Shown one piece after another: positions 25,076 through 37,736 of a stretch of DNA of 64,000 nucleotides. The stretch comes from Mobula hypostoma (lineage: Eukaryota): assembly GCF_963921235.1 (NCBI RefSeq), contig NC_086097.1:35838001-35902000 (forward strand). Direction: 5' to 3'. Within the stretch, counting starts at the first letter, position 1. Every line of letters starts with the position of its first letter. Under the pieces are notes generated by a model, which saw only the letters and a program-made list of their open reading frames with translations, had not been told where the DNA came from and searched no databases. A program made the translations under genes and the position numbers.

Positions 25076-25626
25076 GACACACACTCATACAAGGGTTCCT
25101 GAAGGTAAGCCTTTTACCAAGCGCCCAGACAAGAACAGGCCCATAAACCTGCCATAACTCATGCACAGCATGTGCTTGCCAAATAGAATTCTCCCATAAC
25201 ATTGTAAGCTGGCCTATGAATCAATACAATTCCCCATGAACCAAAGGAGCATTGTAAGTTGAATTAAGCATAAATCTCACAGGAAGCACAAGACATTTAG
25301 AATTGCTGATTGCCATTCAATTTTGTCACAGTAATGAGTTCCACAGCACCAGTGAGCACTCACATGAAAGGAAGACGTGACAGCCTATACTGCAGACAGA
25401 CATGGGAGATCTGAGACGGGGGATCCCAGCAGAAATAAGATCGGAGTGCAGAAACCACCTGGCCGTACAGCCACATGAAAGGAAGAAACTCCTAACAAAA
25501 TACTACTTACATTGTAGGCTTACACCCTACTTTCATTTGGTTACCTCGTGCTATATATTACATTTAGCTCTGAGCTACCACAATTCTGACCTTTAAAAAT
25601 ACCATTAGCTCTTTAAGTGGATGTTT

Positions 25627-28410
25627 TAAGACCATAAGACCATAAGACAAAGGAGCAGAAGTTGGCCATTTGGCCCATCGAGTCTGCTCCGCCATTTTAT
25701 CATGAGCTGATCCATTTTATCCTATTTAGTCCCACTGCCCCGCCTTCTCACCATAACCTTTGATGCCCTGGCTACTCAGATACCTATCAATCTCTGCCTT
25801 AAATACGCCCAATGACTTGGCCTCCACTGCTGCCTGTGGCAACAAATTCCATAGATTCACCACCCTCTGACTAAAAAAATTTCTTTGTATTTCTGTTCTG
25901 AAAGGGCGCCCTTCAATCCTGAAGTCATGCCCTCTCGTACTAGACTCCCCCATCATGGGAAACAGCTTTGACACATCCACTCTGTCCATGCCTTTTAACA
26001 TTCGAAATGTTTCTATGAGGTCTCCCCTCATTCTTCTAAACTCCAAGGAATACAGTCCAAGAGCGGACAAACGTTCCTCATATGTTAACCCTCTCATTCC
26101 CGGAATCATTCTCGTGAATCTTCTCTGTACCCTCTCCAACGTCAGCACATCCTTTCTTAAATAAGGAGACCAAAACTGCCCACAGTACTCCAAGTGAGGT
26201 CTCACCAGCGCCTTATAGAGCCTCAACATCACATCCCTGCTCCTATACTCTATTCCTCTAGAAATGAATGCCAACATTGCATTCGCCTTCTTCACTACTG
26301 ACTCAACCTGGAGGTTAACTTTAAGGGTATCCTGTACGAGGACTCCCAAGTCCCGTTGCATCTCAGAACTTTGAATTCTTCCCCCATTTAAATAATAGTC
26401 TGTCCGTTTATTTTTTCTGCCAAAGTGCATAACCATACACTTTCCAACATTGTACTTCATTTGCCACTTCTCTGCCCATTTTTCCAATCTATCCAAGTCT
26501 CTCTGCAGACTCTCCGTTTCCTCAGCACTACCGGCCCCTCCACCTATCTTCGTATCATCAGCAAACTTAGCCACAAAGCCATCTATTCCATAATCTAAAT
26601 CGCTGATGTACAATGTAAAAAGAAGCGGCCCCAACACTGATCCCTGTGGAACACCACTGGTAACCGGCAGCCAACCAGAATAGGATCCCTTTATTCCCGC
26701 TCTCTGTTTCCTGCCAATCAGCCAACGCTCTATCCACATATGTAACTTTTCCGTAATTCCATGGGCTCTTATCTTGTTAAGTAGCCTCATGTGTGGCACC
26801 TTGTCAAACGCCTTCTGAAAATCCAAATATACAACATCCACTGCATCTCCCTTGTCTAGCCTACTGGTAATTTCCTCAAAAAATTGTAATAGGTTTGTCA
26901 GGCAGGATTTTCCTTTAAGGAATCCATGCTGAGTTCTGCCTATCTTGTCATATGCCTCCAGGTACTCTGTAACCTTATCCTTGACAATCGACTCCAACAA
27001 CTTCCCAACCACCGACGTCAAGCTAACAGGTCTATAATTTCCTTTTTGCTTCCTTGCCCCCTTCTTAAATAGCGGAGTGACATTTGCAATCTTCCAGTCT
27101 TCCGGAACCATGCCAGAATCTATCGACTTTTGAAAGATCATCGCTAATGCCTCCGCAATCTCCACAGCTACTTCCTTCAGAACACGAGGGTGCATTCCAT
27201 CTGGTCCAGGAGATTTATCGACCTTTAGCCTATTCAGCTTCCTGAGTACTTTCTCTGTCGTAATTGTGACTGCGCACACTTCTCTTCCCTGCCACCCTTG
27301 AGTGTCCGGTATCCTGCTGTCTTCCTCAGTGAAGACTGATGTAAAATACTTGTTCAGTTCCTCTGCCATCTCCTCATCTCCCATTACAATTTCTCCAGCA
27401 TCATTTTCTATCGGTCCTATATCTACTCTCACCTGTCTTTTACTCTTTATATACTTGAAAAAGCTTTTAGTATCCTCTTTGATATTATTTGCTAGTTTCC
27501 TTTCATAGTTAATCTTTTCTCTCTTAATGACCTTCTTGGTTTCCTTTTGTAAGGTTTTAAAAACTTCCCAATCCTCTGTCTTCCCACTAATTTTTGCTTC
27601 CTTGTATGCCCTCTCCTTTGCTTTAACTTTGGCTTTGACTTCTCTTGTCAGCCACTGTTGCATCCTTTTTCCACTCGAAAATTTCTTCTTTTTTGGAATA
27701 TACCTGTCTTGAACATTCCTCATTTTTCGCATAAACTCCAGCCACTGCTGCTCTGCCGTCTTTCCCGCCAGTGTCTCTTTCCAGTCAACTTTGGCCAGTT
27801 CCTCTCTCATGCCACTGTAATTTCCTTTACTCCACTGAAACACCGACACATCAGATTTCGGCTTCTCTTTTTCTAATTTCACAGTGAACTCAATCATGTT
27901 ATGATCACTGCCTCCTAAGGGTTCCTTCACCTCAATCTCTCCAATCACCTCTGGTTCATTACACAATACCCAATCCAGTACAGCCGATCCCCTAGTGGGC
28001 TCAACAACAAGCTGTTCTAAAAAGCCATCTTGCAGACATTCTACAAATTCTCTCTCTTGAGATCCAGTGCCAACCTGATTTTTCCAATCTACTCACATGT
28101 TAAAATCCCCCACAATTATCATAACACTGCCCTTCTGACAAGCCTTTTCTATTTCCAGTTGTAATTTGTAGTCCACATCCCTGCAGCTGTTTGGAGGACT
28201 ATAAATAACTGCCATCAGGGTCTTTTTACCCCTGTTATTCCTTAGCTCAACCCATAAAGATTCTGCACCTTCCGATCCTATATCACCTCTTTCTAATGAT
28301 TTAATATCATTTCTTACCAATAAAGCCACGCCTCCCCCTCTGCCTACCTTCCTATCCTTCCGATACACCATGTATCCTTGGACGTTCAGCTCCCAGAGAC
28401 ATGCATCCTT
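25627..28410 (-). mobile_element. Young 5'-truncated CR1 LINE with nearly intact ORF2
   Basis: (TCTTATGG)n tail at ~25627-25648. The ORF2 frame runs from ~28400 to 25726 with a single in-frame TGA at 28093-28095. Possible short TSD TTTAAGA. Confidence 0.96.
25726..27966 (-). CDS. CR1 ORF2 reverse transcriptase (746-aa open portion of a truncated ORF2)
   Basis: [57 protein letters not shown] and RPHLEYC all lie in one uninterrupted frame. Confidence 0.92.
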   Translation of the reverse strand: MCNEPEVIGEIEVKEPLGGSDHNMIEFTVKLEKEKPKSDVSVFQWSKGNYSGMREELAKVDWKETLAGKTAEQQWLEFMRKMRNVQDRYIPKKKKFSSGKRMQQWLTREVKAKVKAKERAYKEAKISGKTEDWEVFKTLQKETKKVIKREKINYERKLANNIKEDTKSFFKYIKSKRQVRVDIGPIENDAGEIVMGDEEMAEELNKYFTSVFTEEDSRIPDTQGWQGREVCAVTITTEKVLRKLNRLKVDKSPGPDGMHPRVLKEVAVEIAEALAMIFQKSIDSGMVPEDWKIANVTPLFKKGARKQKGNYRPVSLTSVVGKLLESIVKDKVTEYLEAYDKIGRTQHGFLKGKSCLTNLLQFFEEITSRLDKGDAVDVVYLDFQKAFDKVPHMRLLNKIRAHGITEKLHMWIERWLIGRKQRAGIKGSYSGWLPVTSGVPQGSVLGPLLFTLYISDLDYGIDGFVAKFADDTKIGGGAGSAEETESLQRDLDRLEKWAEKWQMKYNVGKCMVMHFGRKNKRTDYYLNGGRIQSSEMQRDLGVLVQDTLKVNLQVESVVKKANAMLAFISRGIEYRSRDVMLRLYKALVRPHLEYCGQFWSPYLRKDVLTLERVQRRFTRMIPGMRGLTYEERLSALGLYSLEFRRMRGDLIETFRMLKGMDRVDVSKLFPMMGESSTRGHDFRIEGRPFRTEIQRNFFSQRVVNLWNLLPQAAVEAKSLGVFKAEIDRYLSSQGIKGYGEKAGQWD

Positions 28411-28604
28411 TTACTTACTTTAAGAGTAAGTAAATTAATTTTCCTACAAATGAAGAAAAGACTCTGAGGTGGGGAAGCACAGAAATTTTCTTCATTAGCC
28501 CTAGGGATGAGGAACTTTGTTGTCGAGAGAGAAGAAAACTGGGACTTCACTGCTGAGTGGTCTCAGAACAACGAGGAAGAAATGTTTGAAATTGTTGGTT
28601 ATGA

Positions 28605-28745
28605 ATTCTAATGGATCCATATCCATGTGTAAGATGGTCATGGGGTTGAGGAGGAGAAAAAAAAGGATCAGCCATGATTGAAATGGCGGAGCAGACTCGA
28701 TGGGCCAGATGGCCTAATTCTGCTCCTATGTCTTATGGTCTTATT
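28605..28745 (+). mobile_element. CR1 3' UTR fragment
   Basis: GGATCAGCCATGATTGAAATGGCGGAGCAGACTCGATGGGCC...TCTTATGGTCTTA. Confidence 0.8.
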
Positions 28746-29175
28746 ACAGAGGCACATTTTGTTGAAAGCATTGGTGCCTGTGAGTAGGCCATCAGAACCT
28801 GGGGTCCCATAGACAAATAAGCCATAGGGGAGGGGGGAGTTAACTGTCAGATTGGGAATGAAAACAGTTCTGACTGAAAGGTTAGAGCCAGTTATTAAAG
28901 ATGGAGATCAGATCAATTGCTGAAATCGAGGGTCACTTGTTTGATAAAAACAGATTTAAGACGTCCAAACTTGGGGTTAAGAATGCCTGACTTATGGATA
29001 CCCGCTGTATATGATCAAGTTCCCATTATATTATTAAATTCAGGAGTCCAATGTACAGATGTGTACATATTGTATGTTTGTTCTTATGAGTGGCAGAATT
29101 AGGAGAGACACCAGTCTTCACAGAGAGATCAGAAGTGGAAAGAGTGAGTACAAAGTACCCAGGACATCTTTAGGG

Positions 29176-29555
29176 AGCGGCACCTCAGAAAGGCAACGTC
29201 CATTATTAAGGACGTCCAGCACCCAGGGCATGCCCCTTTCTCACTGTTACCATCAGGTAGGAGGTACAGAAGCCTGAAGACACACACTCAGCGATTCAGC
29301 ATCAGCTTCTTACCCTCTGCCATCCGATTCCTAAATGGACATTGAACCCATGAACACTACCTCACTTTTTTTAATATACAGTGTTTCTGATTTTTGCACG
29401 TTTTTTAATCTATTCAATATACGAATACTGTAACTGATTTATTTATTTATTTTCTCTCTTCTATATTACTTATTGCATTGAACTGCTGCTGCTAAGTTAA
29501 CAAATTTCATGTCACATGCCAGTGATAATAAACCTGATTCTGATTCTGATTCTGA
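29176..29555 (+). mobile_element. Rex1/Babar-like LINE 3' end
   Basis: Encodes SIIKDVQHPGHAPFSLLPSGRRYRSLKTHTQRFSISFLPSAIRFLN; AATAAA and (TTCTGA)n tail. Confidence 0.8.
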
Positions 29556-30504
29556 CCCTCTCCCTCCACACTGTGCAATTTTTCCTTATCAATCTTATGA
29601 CTAATAATGGTGAAGGATGACCTCCCATCAATTAACTCAGCCCACCACCCCTACAACCATATCAGCTACTCCTCCCCATGTCCCCTCAGTACCTTTCATC
29701 CACCCCTGCACTGTCACTTTACGCTTACACACCACATCTCATTGCTAGACTGACGCAGTCATTGTCCTATTGTGTTTTCATACGCCCGGCTGCTGTCTAG
29801 AAGAGTTTCTCTTGCCAAGAATCACTTTGACACTTTATCATTTCCTCTCAGAATCATCGTTCAGTATGTTCAAATAAGCCCTGTAGCTAGTGTCACTTTG
29901 TAATCGATGTATATAAGTTGGTTTTATGTACAGTATATACAGCCACACTTAACATTTACTTGTACATTCTGTTTTATAGGATTGATTTTATATTTATTTT
30001 CAGCATTTTTATGCTGCATAGGATCCAGGATAACAATCATTTTGTTCTCCTTTACACTCCTGTTAAAGAAGAATAGACAGTAAACAATCTTGAATCTTGA
30101 GATGCCATTCATTACAATACTGTGAAGGTATGGTTAGGGTATCAAGTGATTTTCTAACATGGATAAAATTGACTTATGGGTGTTAGTAAAAGCAGCACCG
30201 ATTCATTACCTGGGGATGGTCTAGACTTGCATTACAGCACCTTAGATGCTGTGCAAGTGAAACTTAGTTGTACTATGAGGATTTAAGGTTAGTTGTTCCC
30301 AGAGCAATTTGGAACCTCACAGGGGATATCAGATAAAAAAATTATATTGCGCAGGAAAAACTATCACCTATTGACTAATGCAGAGATTACTTCAAGCAGG
30401 AAAATGAGAGGCAGAATTTGCAAAACAATTCAAAAATAATTGGAAGCATGATCAATTTCAGGTAAAAGTCAAATTTCAAATCCCATAAAGCTGAATAAAT
30501 AGCA

Positions 30505-31410
30505 TTGAATTTCTTGATTCACAAAATCACACAGTCTGTGCAGATCAGAAATAGCATCTCCTCCCTGCTGACATTCAACACTGGCCCACTTCAAGGATGT
30601 GTGCTTAGCCCACTGTTCTACTCTCTCTACACTCACGACTGTGTGGCTAGGCACAGCTTAAGCACTATCTCTAAATTTGTCAATGACACAACTCGTGTTG
30701 ACAGAATTTCAGATGGTGATGAGGAGGTGTACAGGAGTGAGATAGGTCAGGTGGTTGAGTGGTATTGCAACCACAGCCTTGCACTCAATGTCAGTAAGAC
30801 CAAGGAACAGATTGTGGGCTTCAACATCTTGGAAGCTCCATCCTGGGCCCAACTTATTGATGCTATTACAGATAAGACATGACAGCGGCTACATTTCATT
30901 AAGAGTTTTCTTGAGGAGACTTGTTATGCCACTGAAGACTCTCGCAAATTTCTACAGATGTACCACAGACAGCTTTCTAACTGGTTGCAGCACCTGGCAT
31001 GGAGAGGCCAATGCACAAGATGAGAAAAAGCTGCAGGAAGTTGTCAACTCAGCCAGCTCTATCATATGCACTAGCCTCCCCAGCAGTGAGGACATCATCA
31101 AAAGGCCAAGCTCAAAAGCCAGCATCCATCACGAAGGACCCGGATCACCCAGGACATGCCGTCGTCACATTGCTACCATCAAGGAGGAGGTACAGGAGCC
31201 TGAAGACACACACTCAATGTTTCAGGAGCAGCTTCTTCCCCTCTGCCACCAGATTTCTGAATGAACAATGAACACTACCTCACTATTTTCTTGCACTTTT
31301 TTTGCACTAATTTAATTTTTATATATATTTATAGTTTTTTTATTATTATGTCTTGCAATGTACTGCTGCTGCTAAACAACAAATTTCACAACATACGTCA
31401 GTGATATTAA
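30505..31410 (+). mobile_element. Rex1/Babar-like LINE RT and 3' end
   Basis: NTGPLQGCVLSPLFYSLYTHDC, ISKFVNDTT, LALNVSKTKE and LLPSRRRYRSLKTHT. Confidence 0.85.
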
Positions 31411-31622
31411 CATAGAACATAGAACTCTACAGCGCATTACAGGCCTTTTGGCCCACAATGTTGTGCCGACCATGTAACCTACTGTAGAAGCTGCTTAGAT
31501 TTCCCTAGTGCATAGCCCTCTATTTTTCTAAGCTCTATGTACGATCTAAGAGGCCCTATTGTATCTGCTTCCACCACTGCTGCCAGCAGTGCATTCCACG
31601 CTCCTACCACTCTCTGTGTGGA
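31411..31622 (-). mobile_element. CR1 3' end inserted in the tail of the Rex1-like element
   Basis: CATAGAACATAGAAC tail and GGCCTTTTGGCCCACAATGTTGTG. Confidence 0.8.
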
Positions 31623-31699
31623 AAAGAAATCTGATTTAGATGTTTTGACAAAGTAAGCAAGAGAAAATAGTGTCCATTGCCAGTGGAGTGGTTCAAGTC

Positions 31700-32280
31700 T
31701 GCCATAGCCAGGGGAAGTGGAAGACGTAGTGGAGATAAGTTCTCACTACCTATTAAATGCTCCTAATGTTTAAATACCCTCTAACAACCAAGTTCAGCTC
31801 CTGACCTTCATATGTGGCTTAGCTAATAAGCCCAGTGAAACTGTTTCTACAGAAGGAGAAGGGGAAAAAGTAGGTTACTAGCACCTTAAAACTAGGCTTC
31901 AGCCAGATGGAAGTCATCAGCCATGGTTGGCAGCTCATCTAGGAGAAGGAAAACTCTAGTCTCCAACATCTGCTGCCTTGCAGTTATACCAACTCTTGGG
32001 AAAGGCTTTGGGAGTAAACCCTGAGGAAAAATCCAGAGCTGGAGTTCCTAAAGAAGTCCTACATTGAGTTCAACGCTGACTGGAAACTCCTGTGATGCCA
32101 CTTGTGCCAAACTCTTTTGGTCTCTGCCACTCCTTTAGATTCATCAGCTGCATGGAGAGCGGGAGCCTACTGCACGAGCAACAGGTTGCTCTCCGTGTCG
32201 TGCTACCCTGGCTTGCATATCACGTAGACAGCTAGGATGCAAAATCCACAGTCAGCCCTGGCCAAGAGAAGGCCTCAGGC
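31700..32280 (+). repeat. Unclassified interspersed element, possibly an RTE-type 5' region or SINE
   Basis: Interrupts a decayed CR1 3' remnant; contains GGAGTAAACCCTGAGGAAAAATCCAGAGCTGGAG, reminiscent of retroposon 5' UTRs. Confidence 0.35.
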
Positions 32281-33325
32281 AGAGGAGTGTGCCACTAAAG
32301 GGCGTGGCTTTATGATAACTAGCTAAAAATCCAAAGGGATAACTGATTTTTTATTAATATGCAAATGGAAGCAACTGAAAGACTGGTGGAAAGAGATTTA
32401 AAAAGTTCTGTTTGGAGATAATGGTAAAGATCCATGTTATAAAGGAAGAAAAATAAGTCTGTGCCATGGAGTAAGAGCATAGAATCACAATAGCCAAGCT
32501 AGAGAAGAAAAATAGGCCAAATGGCCTACATGTGGTCCACGTGTTCCCATCATTCCAATTGAATCTATATGCAGCCAGGAAGATGTCTAATGAGACAAAT
32601 TCTAATTAAGAAAATTTATGGGGAATTTCTTTGTCCATTTAATGAAGGATGCAAGTAATGGAAAGTCTAACCATCAACCGTGAAGACTGACAACAGCTAA
32701 TGATTTCATTAAAACTGAGTGTACTCCTGGCAAAAGCAGCAGAGATTTTATTTCCACGCTTGCTGGCAACACTTGAAACTTGAGAGCTGACATTGTGTAA
32801 TACTTATTTCCTACAAAGCATTAATCCCAAATTGCATATGGTTTTGCTGTACTGGGTATATCCACTTTCAGTTGAAAGAGTGGTGAAAGGAGATTCGAAA
32901 ACTTTTTTTCCAGAAAGAACTGCATATACACACGTTTTAACGAAAGAATAACACCCTCCTCTAATTTGGCCTGAAACTCTGGTAAAGCAATTGCAGCTCA
33001 TTACTGCTATCACAAACTACTTCAGTGTGCAGATAAAGCGTACAGTTTCCCGGCATTGTGATGTGACTGACAACCGACAATGAAAAGAGATTCACTTGGA
33101 AGGCATGAAAAATAATCACACCCACTTCCCTGCAATGGCTCCGGATAGTTTTTGCAAGGGCATCACATGTTGAGAGAGGATGTTTGGAGACTGCGGAGGC
33201 CTGCAACGGGACTGGACAAAAGCACAAACACTTACAAAACTGAACAAGTTTGAACACAAGATTTATTTGATATCAGTGTCAGTGGACTGGAAGGATGAAC
33301 ATCTGTGACCCTCTAACTAATAGAT

Positions 33326-33555
33326 TTATAGAATCATAGAAAAGTACAGCACAGAAACAGGCCCTTTGGCACTTTTAGTCCATGACAAACCATTTAAACT
33401 GCCTACTCCCATCAATCTGCTGCAGAACCATAGCCCTCCATACCCTTACCATCCATGTACTTATCCAAATTTCTCTTAAATGCTGAAATCGAGCGAAGTT
33501 TTCCCTCATGCTTCCTTAAACTTTTCACCTTTCAACCTCAACCCATGACCTCTAG
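33326..33555 (-). mobile_element. CR1 3' end fragment
   Basis: ATAGAATCATAGAAAAGTACAGCACAGAAACAGGCCC...AACCCATGACCTCT. Confidence 0.75.
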
Positions 33556-36489
33556 AGTGATGCTTTCATTCTGCTGACTGGTAAGCTCTGCTCTTAAGAT
33601 CATGTCAACTTTTCCATCTCATGAACAGATTTCTCTTTGGCCTTGAATAGTTGAGACAATCGAGTGCTGAAAAGACTTTGCCCTCTCTTCAACTAAAATA
33701 CAAAAATCTTTCTGCTGTAAGAAAAATGGAATAGAAGTAGATCACTTAGCATTGTATATGGTTATTCAGTTATTTAGGATTGTAATGATACTTTGAGGTT
33801 CCGGGGTAGATCTCAGTGAAACAGCCCTAGCACATTCTGCCAATTAAGTTACATTGTGTTTGTCTTATTTTGTCTTCTCCCTCTAATTCTCATTTTCAGT
33901 CCAAGTATCTTTTACTTCTTTTAAAAAAAAATGCAAGCTCTGTCTTAATTACGGTCCCTACGAACCACTACTACTGAGAACGAAAAGGAAAAGTCAAAGC
34001 TCTGAAAGTGCAGTCTCATTTCTTTAGCTTTTATTTGTTACCGTGTAACTTGTTCAGAGAATTTAACATCCAACATTGCGGGTCTGCTCATTGCGGTATG
34101 CAATTTCACCAAATGTCACATCCAAGTTCGAGACTCTGCAATGTTCATTAATGAATAATCTAATTAAAGAATAATGAGAGACTCAGCAGCTTTTACGGTT
34201 TGCACTGATCCCAAATGCCTAAAGTGTACATGCTACTATCTGGACCTCCTGCTTGTGAGTTCTCGTGAAATATTCATGAACATTAAATGGGTGAGACAGA
34301 TCGAACAAAATGGATTGTATCCTTTGTTTACTAGGTCCTATAAATCCTGGCCTATCCCAGCAAACTATCTCAGTCACAGTCAAGAAATTGGCTGCTTTTA
34401 GGAACCAAATAATTCTCCATCTTTCAATATTGTGAAAACAAACAGCTCCAGTTACAGCTTTTCCGATTTTTGTAATCATGCAGCCGGTACCCTTCACAGC
34501 TTTATTAGGTCTGCCAACACGACCCTCTCTAGTGCTCATTTTTACCCAGAAAGCTTCAACTGTTTGCTGACTTTTACAGATACACTCCTCCAAACGATTA
34601 ATAATTCTTTATTATAATCACTGCTCTTGCAACCTTCAAATAATGCAAATTAAGTGAGATTATACCAACATATTTCAAGTTAATTTATTTAATATTATTT
34701 AACACTTTACGTTATGGCACACGTCTGTGTACTTTCTTAAACAAGTTGGTTAAAGCCAACTTTTCGGAGATGCGTCTTCATGCCAACAAGGGGATAAGTA
34801 TCATATCATTTAAATCAAAATATTATCGAAGTTAAGACTGCATCAAGAACAGTGAAACAGACTGAATATGGCATGCAAGAAAACTTGAATCTCTGCACAT
34901 AATCTGAATATCCATAGATTGGGAAAGCTTAACATAAGCCAATTGTTTCAAGAACAAAAATCAGCTTCATGGAGTCACAGGATTATAAAGCACAGAAATA
35001 GGTTTTTCAGTCCGTTTACATCAATGCCACTTATCGTGCACCCATCTATACTAATCCCATTTACTAGCACTTGATCCAAGTCTTGACTCTTATTCCAGAA
35101 AAAGATCTGATCAGTTAAATCTCCAACAGTCTTCTGGCTTTAAAGCATTCCGAGATCCTTATTTATTGCAAAGGGCAATCGAAGTAAGTAAAGAAAGGAT
35201 ACATCAATTCATTAATAGGCCACTTTCATCTCCTTTCATAAAGGAGGCCATTTGCTTTTGCATACTTCTTTTGCTTTTGACTTGCTATGACATAATTAAC
35301 CATTTTTTTTACTGGAGAGCAATTCAGTTGGAAAAGCTTCTGCAATAAAACACGTCTCGAAGATCAGTAAAGGCGGGAGAGTTATTGCTTCTATAACCAG
35401 ATGTCTGGATTGTGTCACCTTATGCCTACAGAAAAAATAAGATTCCTTTGCCAATTACTACAATTTTTTTAAAGACAAGTAAGCCACACATAATTTGGTT
35501 CTCAAACGAGACATTGGCAAAGTTTGAAATTTATCTTTCTGTAGCAGCTATTATTTTCTCCTGGGACCAGTTAAGATTTTTTTTTATTGTGTTACCGCTG
35601 GCAGCTTGTCAAACACGAAGTGAGGTCAGAACTGCTCTGGAAAAGGCACATGGAAGCGTTCATCTGTGAATGGCTGTGGAACTCTGTCAAAAACATGATT
35701 TCATTTATGGGTCCAGAATGAATCCTTTGAGTCACTTTCACCAGTTTACTGGAAATGCTCCCCTGAAACCTCGGAGAATGATTTATTGAAACAATTCAAC
35801 ATCATCAAATGTTTGCGCTCATTGTCATTGTTAAGATCCACCTCATCATAATGGACTGAAAAAAAAAATAAAACCGCACAGTTATCGGTGCCAGCAGGTG
35901 CATATGCTTTTCGAAAGAAAATGTTGCACCGTCCCCAGGTATTTCTGCTGGTCACAGCTTGTTTCTATTAATAGCACACTCTGACAGCTGAGCAGAAACA
36001 AGATTGAAAATGGAAGTCAATATTGTAAAAAAAATCCATTGACCAACCTGCAAGTGTATCTATATGTCAGCCAACCCACTAATCATCTCCCTGCTCATTC
36101 AACTGTTGTACGATTTCAATACAAAGAGGACCCAGGGAATTAATTTTACACACCCCTAATGCTAATCCACAAGTAGCATGGACAATAGTTACCATGGTGC
36201 TGAAATATTGTTCTACTACCCCAGATCCTCTTGGGCTTGTCCCAGCTCACCTTCACCTAAGCTGGACAGGCAAGGCTGCACCTACAGTGACCAAGCTTCA
36301 GTGGTGACATCTCACCCTGGAACTCCCTGACACAGTCTGACTCAAGGGAAGGCTGTAAGCCTTTGTGAAAACAGGCACAACATTTGCTTAATTTCTATGA
36401 CATTTCTTTATTTTCCTAACTTGGTCCGTAAGGGACCCGTGTTAACATTTGTGAATCTTTTGATTCATATATATCTATAAAGGGGGTAT

Positions 36490-36745
36490 TACAGGAGAAG
36501 ATCTGCAGATGCTGGAAATCCAAAGCAACACACACAAAATGCAGGGGCAGCTCAGCAGGTCAGGCAGCATCTATGGACATGAATAGGCAGTTGACATTTT
36601 GCGCCGAGACCCTTCTTTTAGGACTGAAAAGGGGGAAGATACCAGAATACAAAAGTGGGGGTGAGGGGAAGGAGGAAAGCTGGAAAGGGATAGGTAAAGC
36701 CAGGTGGGTGGGAAAGGTAAACGGCTGAAGGATGGTGATGAAGAC
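36490..36745 (-). mobile_element. Penelope-like pLTR fragment
   Basis: TCTGCAGATGCTGGAAATCC...AACACACACAAAATGC...CAGGCAGCATCTATGG, decayed hammerhead at ~36588-36627, purine tract. Confidence 0.8.
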
Positions 36746-36763
36746 AAGCTTCTAGGAAGAAGT

Positions 36764-36781
36764 GAGAGAGAGAGAGAGAGG

Positions 36782-36812
<31 letters not shown>

Positions 36813-36845
36813 GTACATATATAGACAGAGAGAGAGAGAGAGAAG

Positions 36846-36882
<37 letters not shown>

Positions 36883-36922
36883 GTATAGAGAGAGAGAGAG
36901 AGGTATAGAGAGAGAGAGAGAG
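36764..36922. repeat. Compound (GA)n/(TA)n microsatellite
   Basis: Alternating blocks of GAGAGA and GGTATATATA. Confidence 0.95.
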
Positions 36923-37341
36923 CTGTAGCTGTGATAGCAGGTCTGGATCGAAGATTCAGAGGGCAGCAGCGATCACAGAGGCAGAGCAATGAGGCTACTT
37001 TTATATTTCTTTCTTGACTTTGAATTCTGCTTTCCTTTTCCTTGTCAACTATTCTGTTGTCACACATTCTGCTGGCATATTGATCCACCAATGAAAAAGA
37101 AATCATATTTCAACGCCGTTAGGCTGCATTTACACTGGCTTCCTTTCAGCTTGTGAAAAGGACAGAGAGAGATAGAGAAAACCATATGCCTCAGGTCAGT
37201 AACGTAGATACAAGGTAAGTGATAGAATAAGAGGAATACATTCTTCCACTCAGTGAATTGTGAGTGCCTGGAACAGACTGTCTGCAAGGGTGACGGAGGA
37301 ATTAACCCCCCCGCGTTTATAAGGGCAACGATTCTTCTCTT

Positions 37342-37720
37342 TTAATTTAAATAATAAACTTTATTCAGAATAATATACATAAAACACAGGACAAACCTCT
37401 TTACATTCTTAGTGTTGTTTGTTCAAAACTTTCAGAAGTGTTAACATATATTTTTATAAGAGTAGCACCACTGCCTGGGGTAGTTTCATTGTTTGAGGGT
37501 GTGCAGTAGCAGAAGGACCCCAGTCTCTGGTCCTCACCACAGACCCCTTGGCATTTGCTGAAAGATATTCAGCATATACTCCCACAGTTTGCAAAGCACC
37601 AGTCAGCAGCATTCCCTTAGGAACATCGCACTGTGCAGCAAGGTCAACAAGCTTCAGACAAACCAAAGAGCGCCTTCCACTCAGTTGGTGATCTTCCAGA
37701 TGTTTAGACAATTATTCATA
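37342..37720 (-). mobile_element. Degraded L1/Tx1-like LINE 3' end
   Basis: Minus strand resembles a Tx1 ORF2 C-terminus (WKITN.VEGALWFV...ECC.LV...EYML...ANAKGSVVRT), followed by AATAAA and an A-rich end. Confidence 0.6.
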
Positions 37721-37736
37721 TTAGTTTTGCTGTTAC

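Noticed and set aside
25726..27966. Retron, DGR, group II intron or other novel RT system
   Set aside because: Motifs, upstream APE domain, 3' hairpin and tail are typical CR1 LINE features in a vertebrate context.
36618..37106. 162-aa minus-strand ORF and the overlapping plus-strand ORF
   Set aside because: Low-complexity translation of the (GA)/(TA) microsatellite and a Penelope remnant.
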